Made by a program: the position numbers and the translations under genes. Below, piece after piece: positions 1-8,210 of a DNA stretch of 28,653 bases. The notes below the pieces were generated by a model. That model saw nothing but the letters and a program-made list of their open reading frames with translations. It was not told the origin of the DNA and did no database searches. How positions within the stretch are numbered: position 1 is the first letter of the stretch; each line of letters begins with the position of its first letter. The stretch lies in the NCBI GenBank assembly GCA_964461295.1, contig CAYWTX010000329.1:1-28653 (forward strand). The letters are read 5' to 3'. The DNA is from an uncultured Planctomycetaceae bacterium. GTDB lineage: Bacteria; Planctomycetota; Phycisphaerae; SM23-33.

Positions 1-104
1 AGACTGGCGACCGATACCATGTAAGCGTCTCCTGGGTGGGGTGTTTGGGCTTCTACCAATCCCCATCCTACCCCATTCCAGGAGACCCCGAAACCGCCCG
101 CCGC

Positions 105-1406
105 TCACGGGGTTCCAGGATTATCTTGGACAAGAGTGGGGCCGAACGAAGGGGATCCCCGGTACTTCACCTCAACGGGGATCACGTACTTGGGGCTGCG
201 AACGATGATGTCAACTTCCCGGTCGCTTGCGGCGTCGCGCCAGTAGAGGATCTCGGGCACATCCCTGTAGTAATACGCGTACAGATGACGAAGAACGGTT
301 GTCTCCACCACCTTTCCCATCTCTTCGGGTTTCTGGAGGATTTCCTCGCCCCGCAACAGAACCGCGTTCCTCAGCGCCGCGTCGACTAGATACACTTTGT
401 GCCGAGCCTTCAAGGCCTTCTTGCCCCCACTTTCCCAAGGCTTCAGCCGGTAGATCAGGTATGCTTGCTCAAGCAACTCCAAATGGTTGGTCACCGTGAT
501 GGGCGAGACTTCCAGGGCATCCGCGCATGTCTTGGCGGCGATGACGCCGCCGCTGTGGATGCACAGGTACGTGAAGAGGTTCTCCAAGTGCGACACTGTC
601 CTGACGCCGAACAGTGCCGTCATGTCTCGCTTCAGGACCCGCTCCACCACATCCTCGCGCAGGAGCTTCTGGCAAAACTGGATGTCCCGGTGTTTGGCGG
701 TTTCCGGGAACCCGCCCACGAGAAGATACCGCTGGAAGAGGGGCATCAGGCTGCCCATCCGCGTCGCAAGGTCGGCCCTGCCGCCATGGTCCATCTCGAA
801 CAGGTCCATCGGTCGTAGGTTCCGGGGAACGGAGGAGGTGTCCTCGCCTCGGATCTGGAGAAACTCGTAGAAGGACAACGTGGGGATGGGCACTGAAATC
901 CACCGGCCGACGCCGCTGTCGCTCAATCGGTGTCGGTGAACAACGCTGGCTGATCCCGTGGCCAGGATTCGATACCACGGCGCATGGTCGATCAACTGCT
1001 TCAGCTCCAGGTCCCAGTCTCTCTGGTACTGCACCTCATCCAGCAACAGATAGACCTTCTGTTTCTCCGGGTATATGTTGCTGTGATAGACCCTCAGGAC
1101 TTCCGGGAGTTGGAGAAGCTTGAGTATCGGGTGATCCAAACTCAAGTAAAGGACTTGTTTGGGGTCGCACCCGTCGGCAAGCAATCCCTGCACCGTCTGC
1201 TCCAGGATGGTGGTCTTACCGACCCTGCGAGGTCCCGAAAGGATAACGGCCCGACGGAGGGCTTCATCCTTCAGGTGCTTCATGCAGATGCGATACGCCA
1301 ACCTTCGGAAGTCAGGCACGGCCATAGACTTGCCCGTCCACCACGGGTTGAACCCGTGCAGGATGGACAGGACCTCGCCGGTGTCGATGAAGTCGCGTGT
1401 AGGCAT
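105..1406 (-). CDS. AAA+ ATP-binding protein of the AAA_14 + DUF4143 type (COG1373-like)
   Basis: 433-aa ORF with ATG at 1404-1406. Walker A is GPRRVGKTT and the Walker B-like element is VYLLLDEVQ. The C-terminal half has the pattern I associate with DUF4143 (…TNHLELLEQAYLIYRLKPW…KVYLVD…). An AT-rich spacer lies upstream. Confidence 0.85.
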   Translation of the reverse strand: MPTRDFIDTGEVLSILHGFNPWWTGKSMAVPDFRRLAYRICMKHLKDEALRRAVILSGPRRVGKTTILEQTVQGLLADGCDPKQVLYLSLDHPILKLLQLPEVLRVYHSNIYPEKQKVYLLLDEVQYQRDWDLELKQLIDHAPWYRILATGSASVVHRHRLSDSGVGRWISVPIPTLSFYEFLQIRGEDTSSVPRNLRPMDLFEMDHGGRADLATRMGSLMPLFQRYLLVGGFPETAKHRDIQFCQKLLREDVVERVLKRDMTALFGVRTVSHLENLFTYLCIHSGGVIAAKTCADALEVSPITVTNHLELLEQAYLIYRLKPWESGGKKALKARHKVYLVDAALRNAVLLRGEEILQKPEEMGKVVETTVLRHLYAYYYRDVPEILYWRDAASDREVDIIVRSPKYVIPVEVKYRGSPSFGPTLVQDNPGTP

Positions 1407-1452
1407 AAAGACTTCAGTCTCTCCGTTCTATTATCGACTATCGCGTGCGAAG

Positions 1453-1470
1453 TCTATGGTATACTATAGA
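1453..1470. promoter_or_regulatory. Imperfect 18-bp palindrome TCTATGGTATACTATAGA in an AT-rich spacer; possible promoter/operator for the 105-1406 gene
   Basis: 16 of 18 positions are self-complementary. It contains TGGTATACT, which resembles an extended -10 (TGnTATAcT). It lies about 45-65 nt upstream of the ATG at 1406, in one of the few AT-rich patches of the window. Strand and function are not determinable from sequence alone. Confidence 0.25.
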
Positions 1471-1513
1471 CATTCGCCAGGCAAGATGATAGTAGCTCTG
1501 GAAAGAGTGAAAC

Positions 1514-2836
1514 TCACGCCTCGCAGCAGCAACAGCAGCAATCGGTGTCCCAGACGGCGCGAGCGGCCTTGGCGAAGCGGGCGAGGATGTCGGGAATGCT
1601 CATCCATTCCACGCCCTTGAGGTAGGTCCGCATCTTGTTGCGGAAGGGCTTGTACCAGTGCTCCGGGACGCCGTCGATCCCCACGCACGCGCCGACGATG
1701 CTCCCGGCCGTTGCGGCCGTGCAGTCGTTGTCGTAGCCCATGGCGACGGTGTTGCCCAACACCGCGGTCACGTCGCGGCCGCCGAGGGCCAGGCCGAAGA
1801 TCGTCAGGCAGGCGTTGTTGTTGGTGTGGACGCTGTGCATGCCGGGGAATCGCTCGTCGACGAGCTTTCGCCCGTGCTGCCAGTCCTTGAGCTTGCCGGC
1901 CTGCTTGAGGGCCCACGTCACGTCGGCAGTCAGCCGGCAGGAGCGCGGGATCTCGCTCAGGGCGATGCGGCAGGCGTCCAGCGGGTCGTCGCAGGCGAAC
2001 GCGGCCGCGATGGCGGCGGCGAAGTACATCTCGCCGTAGATGCCGTTGTAGCGGTGCGAGAGCCAGGCGTCGCGGTAGGCGAGTTCGGCGGCCTTTTCCG
2101 GCCAGCCGGGGGCGGCGTAGCCCCACGGGTCGGAGCGGATGTCGGCGCCGATCCACTCCATGTAGGGGTTGCCCTTTTCGCCCGCCTTGGAGGCGGGCAC
2201 GCCGGCCTTGAGGTTCTCCAGTGCGACGTGCTCGGCCGTGCAGGCCATCGGCAGGTACTTCAGCCAAGCCTCGCCGACGTCGGCGGTGGTGAAATCGGGG
2301 CCGTGCTCCTCAAGGATGAGCAGGCCCAGCACGGTGTAGACGACGTCGTCGTCGACGGGGACGTGGGTCATCTTCTGGCGGAGGTAGTCCTCGCAGCGAG
2401 ACACGTCGTAGCGCTTGTCCCATGGGCTGCCGATGAACGTCCAGTAGTCGGTTGGCGGGTAGGCCATCTTGCAGTGCCCGGCCAGGGCCTGCATGCGATG
2501 GGGCTGCCAGCCCTCGACGATGGCGCCGAGGGTGCATCCGGCCGCGCGGGCAAGGAAGGCGCCCTTGACGCGGCGGCGGTACTCGCGGGCGTCGAAGGAG
2601 CACCAGAGCTGCCGCGGCCCGTTGGGCCTCTCGGCAAGGATCTCCGGCAGCGGGTTGGGTTCGTTGTCGGCGATGGCGCGGGAGGGCCCGGCCCTCCGCA
2701 TCTCGGCCGTGAGGGCGGCGATTCGCCGGCGGAGGGCGTTGATCGCGGGCCGGACCTTCGCGCCCTGCTCGTGGCGGACGTCGGCCCATTCCAGGAGGCG
2801 GCTGAGGTCTTTCTTGAGGTCGTCGAAGTAGGGCAT
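1514..2836 (-). CDS. ADP-ribosylglycohydrolase family protein (DraG/ARH-like) with ~100-aa N-terminal extension and a C-terminal Cys6 tail
   Basis: 440-aa ORF. ARH-type motifs are present: GAFLARAAGCTLGAIVEG, PVDDDVVYTVLGL, VHTNNNACLT and AMGYDNDCTAATAGSIVGA. The AAAGG-type SD (AGAAAGGTAAAGCC) precedes the ATG at 2836. The protein ends …WDTDCCCCCCEA. Confidence 0.85.
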   Translation of the reverse strand: MPYFDDLKKDLSRLLEWADVRHEQGAKVRPAINALRRRIAALTAEMRRAGPSRAIADNEPNPLPEILAERPNGPRQLWCSFDAREYRRRVKGAFLARAAGCTLGAIVEGWQPHRMQALAGHCKMAYPPTDYWTFIGSPWDKRYDVSRCEDYLRQKMTHVPVDDDVVYTVLGLLILEEHGPDFTTADVGEAWLKYLPMACTAEHVALENLKAGVPASKAGEKGNPYMEWIGADIRSDPWGYAAPGWPEKAAELAYRDAWLSHRYNGIYGEMYFAAAIAAAFACDDPLDACRIALSEIPRSCRLTADVTWALKQAGKLKDWQHGRKLVDERFPGMHSVHTNNNACLTIFGLALGGRDVTAVLGNTVAMGYDNDCTAATAGSIVGACVGIDGVPEHWYKPFRNKMRTYLKGVEWMSIPDILARFAKAARAVWDTDCCCCCCEA

Positions 2837-2998
2837 GGCTTTACCTTTCTTGGGTAGCGGGGATCATACCCGCGCGGACACGGAACGCCAAGCGGCGGCT
2901 TGGTCGATGCAAGCCGCGGACAAAGCAGGTTCTGTATGGCGGGCCGAGGCCGGCCGAAAACGACGGCACGTTCGCGCACCGCGTCGGTTAGAGGTGGT

Positions 2999-5900
2999 AT
3001 GTCAGCCAGAAGCAATGCGCATTGGATGGCGGCGTCCCTGGTGGGTTCCCTGCTGTGCTTGTCTTGCCTCGCCGCCCAGAGAGGGCCGAGCCCGGCCACG
3101 AACCCGGGGGTCGCCGCGCCCGCCTCGGCGCCGGCGAGTTCGGGGGTGAACGGACCTGACGACACGGTTGCCAAGGCCGCTCGGCTTCGCCTGGCCATTG
3201 AGGACCTCATCGCGACCTTCGGCGACCGCTACGCGCGGGGGCGCGAGTACCTCCGACGGCTCAACGCCCTGGTGGAGGGCCGCGGCCAGGAATCGCTCGA
3301 CGAACTGCGCGACCAAGCCCTGCTGGACAACCCGCTGCTCGATGACATCCAGGGACTGTTGGTCCTGGTGGGAGCGGGAGGTTCCGACGGCGGCACGATG
3401 AGTGTCAGTGCCCACATCGGTAAGGCCATCGGCCTTGTCTCGCCGGTCCGTCCCGGAAAATCAGAGACCGCGCCAGGAATGAAGATCCTGTATGAATCGA
3501 AGTTGGGGCCGGAGGAGGTCGCCAAGTACAAGTGCAAGTGGGACGCCTCCAAAGGTTCCGTCGGGTTCATCAATCTGCACTACGACGCCAGGAAATTCCT
3601 CTTCAGCGCGGCGGCAAGAAACGGATACCAGATCTTCGAGATGAACGTGGACGGCAGCGGTTTGCGGCAGGTGTCCTCGGACGAGCATCCGTACGTGGAC
3701 AACTTCGATCCTGTTTACATGCCGGACGGGCGGATTGTCTTCCTCTCCACCCGCATGTTCCAAGGGGTGCCGTGCCTGGGCGGAGAACCGCATGTCGCCA
3801 ACCTGTTCTCGATGAAGGCCGACGGCAGCGACGTGCGCCAACTCACGTTCGAACAGGACGAAGACTGGGACCCCGCCGTCATGAACGACGGCCGGGTGAT
3901 GTATGTTCGCTGGGAGTACGCCGACACGCCGCACCATCATACCCGGCTGATCTTCACCATGAACCCGGACGGAACAAACCAAAGAGCTCTGATGAAGAGC
4001 AACTCCTATTGGCCCAACGCGATCTTCTACCCAAGGCCGATCCCCAATCATGCCACCCGGTTCGTCGGCGTCATCTCGGGCCATCACGGCGGCGGCCGTT
4101 CCGGTCCCATGTACGTCTTCGATCCGGGCATGGCGAACGAGGCGTCGAGCGCGGTGGTCCAGCGTATTCCGCCCGATCCGAACGAACTGCACAAGTCGCC
4201 GCGGTGGCTGGAGGAATCATCCTATGATGGTCCTCCCCGCATGTCCTGCCCAAAGTATAGCCATCCCCACCCGCTCGCCGATGCCGAGGGGCGCGGGGCC
4301 GGCAAGTACTTCCTGGCGGGAGGGGCCGTGGTGGACGTGTTCGGCAACAGCGTCGGCCTGGCGGGCGGAGGCGCCGAGGTGGTCCCGATCCAGGTCCGAC
4401 CGCGCCCGCCGATCATCCCCGACCGGACGGATCGCACACGCAAGGACGCCCTGGTCTACCTGGCGGATATCCATCGGGGCGGCGGGCTCGAGGGCGTGCC
4501 GCGCGGCACGGTCAAGAAGTTGCGCGTGTTCGAGTATAGCTTCGGGTACCGCGATACCAAGTCCGCCGGCGAAGCGGGCAAGGGCTGGTCTGGTCCGTGG
4601 GAGCCGCATCGAATCTGGGGCACCGTACCGGTGGAAGCAGATGGTTCGGCCCATTTCCTCGTTCCGGCGATGACGCCGCTGGCCCTTCAGCCGCTGGATG
4701 CCGAAGGCAAAGCCCTGCAGGTCATGCGGAGCTGGTTTGTGGCCCAGCCGGGCGAGAGTATTTCCTGTGTTGGCTGTCACGAGCGACCCAAAGACGTTTC
4801 GTCGGGCACAATGGTAGGCGCGGCATTCCGCCGTCCTCCGAACCCGATCGAGCCCTGGTACGGCCCCCCGCGCGGCTTCGGCTTCCACCGCGAGGTCCAA
4901 CCGGTGCTCAACAAGCACTGCGCCGGCTGTCACACGGGCGCGAATGTCCCCAAGGGTGTCAGAAAGCCCAACCTGGTATCCGAGTCACTGAGGGTTTCGA
5001 CGGCCAAGAATGGCCGCACCGCCATAAACCCCAGTGACTCCTTCACGAACCTGCTTCCGTACATCCATCGTCCGTCGTCGGAGAGCGACTACGTCATGCA
5101 TCCGGCCGCCGAATTCGACGCGGACGCCAGCCCGCTGATCCAGATGCTGCGCAGCGGCCACGGCGGCGTGAAACTCGACGCCGAGAGCTGGGACCGCCTG
5201 GTCACGTGGATCGACCTGAACGCGCCGGCATTCGGCACTTGGCGGGAGGGCTGGAGCATCCCCGCGCCCCAAGGCGGCGAGGAAGACTTCAGTGAGCTGC
5301 GGAGGAAGATGCGCAGGCTCTATGCCGGCATCGATGACGATCCTGAGTCCGTGCCGTCGTCCCCGGTGGACCTGGGGCCGCCCGTTAAGCACCAGTCGCC
5401 GCCGGCGGCGCCGGTCCCCGACTGCCCGGGCTGGCCGTTCGACCCCAACGCCGCCGCGAAGATGCAGCAGACGGCCGGCGCAAGGACTTCCAGGCGCGTC
5501 GTGCTCGTGGCCGGCGAAACCGCCCGCGATGTGGTCCTCGACATGGCCCTGATCCCGGCGGGCGAGTTTATGATGGGCGCCAATGAAGGCAGGCCCGACG
5601 AGCGGCCCATGGCCCGGGTGAAGATCGACCGGCCGTTCTGGATGGGCACCTTTGAGATCACCAACCAACAATACAACCTCTTCGATCGACAACACGACAG
5701 CCGCTACCACAATCAACCTAGTTGCCACCTGGGCGGACGGGGCTGGCCCATGAATCATCCGTTGCAGCCGGTCGTGCGGGTCTCCTGGCAACAGGCGGCC
5801 GCGTTCTGCCGCTGGCTGTCGGAGAAGACAGGAGAGAAGTTCCGTCTTCCCACCGAGGCGCAGTGGGAATGGGCCTGCCGGGCCGGGTCCGACAAGCCTC

Positions 5901-6460
5901 TCTCGTTTCGTGACGGCAAGGGCGATTACGGGGCGTGGGCCAACATGGCGAACATTGGGAGTTTCAAGACCAAAACGGGGGCCACGGTCACAATACCCGC
6001 CGGTGCGAGTGAGCCGGTGACGCTGCCGCCCGGGTTCTTCAGTTGGGCCGACCAATCGGCCGCCAGGCCGTTCTCCCTGGTCGCAGAACCGGGGTCCGGG
6101 CTCATGCAGACCGTAGGGGGAATGAACAGCAAAGGTTTTGCCATGTTTGTGAGCGCCACATGGAAGTCCATGCCGCGGTACACTCCCAATCCCTGGGGGT
6201 TGCACAACATGCACGGGAACGCGGCCGAATGGACGGCCACCGCCTATCGCCCCTATCCCTATGATGGGAAAGACGGACGCAATGAGGATGGCGGGGGCCT
6301 GCGCAGAGTGGTGCGTGGCGGTTCCTGCTTTGACCTGCCCACGCATTGCACAGCCAGTGTGCGTACATCGTTCCGCAGTTGGCAGGGCGTCCACAACGTG
6401 GGATTCCGCGTCATATGTGAAGTGGTCGACCCTGGCGAGAAAGCACGGGACCAGGAGTGA
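2999..6460 (+). CDS. Exported multidomain protein: TolB/PD40-like beta-propeller + two CxxCH heme-c motifs + C-terminal SUMF1/FGE-sulfatase-like domain
   Basis: The frame is open from 2900. The ATG at 2999 follows GAGGTGG and begins a signal-peptide-like segment (MSARSNAHWMAASLVGSLLCLSCLAAQ). Propeller blade motifs are DPVYMPDGRIVFLSTR, FSMKADGSDVRQLTF, WDPAVMNDGRVMYVRWEY and IFTMNPDGTNQRAL. The heme motifs are CVGCH at 4766-4780 and CAGCH at 4919-4933. FGE-sulfatase signatures appear in the last ~300 aa (LIPAGEFMMG, RVSWQQAAAFCRWLS, RLPTEAQWEWACRAGS, NMHGNAAEWT, RVVRGGS). Confidence 0.85.
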   Translation: MSARSNAHWMAASLVGSLLCLSCLAAQRGPSPATNPGVAAPASAPASSGVNGPDDTVAKAARLRLAIEDLIATFGDRYARGREYLRRLNALVEGRGQESLDELRDQALLDNPLLDDIQGLLVLVGAGGSDGGTMSVSAHIGKAIGLVSPVRPGKSETAPGMKILYESKLGPEEVAKYKCKWDASKGSVGFINLHYDARKFLFSAAARNGYQIFEMNVDGSGLRQVSSDEHPYVDNFDPVYMPDGRIVFLSTRMFQGVPCLGGEPHVANLFSMKADGSDVRQLTFEQDEDWDPAVMNDGRVMYVRWEYADTPHHHTRLIFTMNPDGTNQRALMKSNSYWPNAIFYPRPIPNHATRFVGVISGHHGGGRSGPMYVFDPGMANEASSAVVQRIPPDPNELHKSPRWLEESSYDGPPRMSCPKYSHPHPLADAEGRGAGKYFLAGGAVVDVFGNSVGLAGGGAEVVPIQVRPRPPIIPDRTDRTRKDALVYLADIHRGGGLEGVPRGTVKKLRVFEYSFGYRDTKSAGEAGKGWSGPWEPHRIWGTVPVEADGSAHFLVPAMTPLALQPLDAEGKALQVMRSWFVAQPGESISCVGCHERPKDVSSGTMVGAAFRRPPNPIEPWYGPPRGFGFHREVQPVLNKHCAGCHTGANVPKGVRKPNLVSESLRVSTAKNGRTAINPSDSFTNLLPYIHRPSSESDYVMHPAAEFDADASPLIQMLRSGHGGVKLDAESWDRLVTWIDLNAPAFGTWREGWSIPAPQGGEEDFSELRRKMRRLYAGIDDDPESVPSSPVDLGPPVKHQSPPAAPVPDCPGWPFDPNAAAKMQQTAGARTSRRVVLVAGETARDVVLDMALIPAGEFMMGANEGRPDERPMARVKIDRPFWMGTFEITNQQYNLFDRQHDSRYHNQPSCHLGGRGWPMNHPLQPVVRVSWQQAAAFCRWLSEKTGEKFRLPTEAQWEWACRAGSDKPLSFRDGKGDYGAWANMANIGSFKTKTGATVTIPAGASEPVTLPPGFFSWADQSAARPFSLVAEPGSGLMQTVGGMNSKGFAMFVSATWKSMPRYTPNPWGLHNMHGNAAEWTATAYRPYPYDGKDGRNEDGGGLRRVVRGGSCFDLPTHCTASVRTSFRSWQGVHNVGFRVICEVVDPGEKARDQE

Positions 6461-6689
6461 CTCCTACCTGACCTGCATCGCTCCGGGCGGAGGCAAGCCA
6501 TGGGGGTCCACCCGATCCGCATGAGTTCGGACGCTTCAACTTCAGCAAGATGCCGGCCGGTCCAGTGTCGCGCGGCCGCGGTTGAACCTTACTTGTGCGG
6601 CGAGTCGGCGTGATGCGATGCTGGGGCTGACCACCGAGAACCGGCTCGCCGACGGCGCAGGCAACGAGGTGGCAGTGAAGGAATCGAGC

Positions 6690-8210
6690 ATGCCGCAAAT
6701 GGGCACGACGTTGATGGCCGTCAGTATGATCTGGGCAGCCATGGTCGGCGGTTCGCCAGTGGCCGGCGCTGAGCCTGTCGCCAGCGATATTCCACTGGGT
6801 CACAAGAACTTCGTGCCCACCCCGGAGCGTCCCGTGGGCTGGCGAGGCGACTCCACGGGCCATTTTCCCGGGGCCGATCCCGTCACGGCGTGGGACATCG
6901 AGAAGGGCATCAACATCCTCTGGCGGGTGCCCACGAAGCGGTTCTCCAATGGCATGCCGGTGGTCGTGGGCCAGAAGCTCTTCGTGAACATGGAGCCGCG
7001 CGTCCTGCTCTGCATGGACAAGATGACCGGCAAGCTGCTCTGGGCGCAGGATGGGGGGAAGGAAGAACCCCTGCGCGACGCCGACGCCCTGAAGACGCTG
7101 GTGGTGAATGTTCCCGCGGAAGGCCAGCAGCCGGAACCCCCCTGGTCGCAGCGGAAGCTCAGCTACGGCCAGAACGCCGGCAATTCCATCCCCACGCCGG
7201 TGACGGACGGCAAGCACATCTGGGTCAAGAACGGCGGCGGCGCCGCGTGCTACGACCTCGATGGCGGACGCACCTGGATGGCGGACACCCACCTGGCGAA
7301 CACCGACCATCCAGTAAATGTGCCCTCGCCAATACTCATCGGCGGCGTGCTGGTGTGCGAGGGGGGAATCACCGACCACTGGAAGCAGAACAGCCAGAAC
7401 AAGATCGCCGATGGCGTCATTCCCCCGAACCCGATCAAGAACTTCAAACACTGGCTCGTCGGACTGGATGCCGCCACCGGCAAGGTGCTCTGGGATCTGG
7501 GGCCGCTCAACGCCGGCGGCTACGGCGGACCGCCCACACCCATGGCGCTGAAGCTCACCGACAAGAAGGAGACCGCGACCTTCGTTCTCACCGCGGAGGG
7601 CCACCTTGTGCGGCCGACGGACGGCAAACTAATCAAGCCCTACGTGGGTGGTCGGGCCGCATTTGCCTCGCCCTATCAGTTCGGGCAGTGTGCCATCTTC
7701 ACGCACGGTTACATCTCGTCGGTGCAGTTCACCCTCGGCGGCCCCGGGGAGGCGGACACCGAGCCCGTCTTCAACACGAAATGCCGGTCCGGCATGGGTG
7801 GATCGGTCGTGCACGATGGACTGGTCTACGCGATCAGTTGCGCGAAGGAGGGGCTGTATATCAGCGTCGTGGACGCGACCACGGGGAAGCTGCTTCCCGG
7901 CCTGATGCTGCCGGCTGAGCTTTCCGATAAGGGTGCGGACTGGCCGTCCTGTGCCGCCGCCGGGAAGTACCTCTTCATGCTCACGGATCACCGCGTCTTC
8001 GTGCTGGAACCGGGCGCCACGCCGAAACTCGTGGCAGTGAACGCGGTCGAACGCACGTATTCCGGCCCCGTGTTCGACGGCGAGCGAATGTACCTGCGCA
8101 CACACGATTCCGTCCTGTGCATCGCCCGCAAAGGCGCCGAAGGCACGCGGTATGAACAGGACGCACGCGAGCGAGCACGCGTAGCCGCAACGACACAGAA
8201 GTCCCAGTGA
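6690..8210 (+). CDS. Exported PQQ-like (BamB-family) beta-propeller repeat protein
   Basis: The frame is open from 6582. The ATG at 6690 sits 7 nt after AAGGA and starts a signal-like segment (MPQMGTTLMAVSMIWAAMVGGSPVAGA). PQQ_2-type repeat patterns recur (ILWRVPT…SNGMPVVVGQKLFVNMEPRVLLCMDKMTGKLLW; WLVGLDAATGKVLW; VYAISCAKEGLYISVVDATTGKLL). Confidence 0.8.
   Translation: MPQMGTTLMAVSMIWAAMVGGSPVAGAEPVASDIPLGHKNFVPTPERPVGWRGDSTGHFPGADPVTAWDIEKGINILWRVPTKRFSNGMPVVVGQKLFVNMEPRVLLCMDKMTGKLLWAQDGGKEEPLRDADALKTLVVNVPAEGQQPEPPWSQRKLSYGQNAGNSIPTPVTDGKHIWVKNGGGAACYDLDGGRTWMADTHLANTDHPVNVPSPILIGGVLVCEGGITDHWKQNSQNKIADGVIPPNPIKNFKHWLVGLDAATGKVLWDLGPLNAGGYGGPPTPMALKLTDKKETATFVLTAEGHLVRPTDGKLIKPYVGGRAAFASPYQFGQCAIFTHGYISSVQFTLGGPGEADTEPVFNTKCRSGMGGSVVHDGLVYAISCAKEGLYISVVDATTGKLLPGLMLPAELSDKGADWPSCAAAGKYLFMLTDHRVFVLEPGATPKLVAVNAVERTYSGPVFDGERMYLRTHDSVLCIARKGAEGTRYEQDARERARVAATTQKSQ

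Noticed and set aside
36-499. Small plus-strand ORFs at the left edge (36-389, 227-499).
   Set aside because: They are antisense to the well-supported AAA_14/DUF4143 ATPase gene and have no motifs of their own.
2999-6460. The heme-motif/propeller region as evidence of anammox hydrazine synthase.
   Set aside because: Only a HzsA-middle-like arrangement is present, fused to an FGE-like domain. No hzsB/hzsC, hydrazine dehydrogenase or other anammox genes are in the window. By recollection, such fusions are widespread in non-anammox PVC bacteria.
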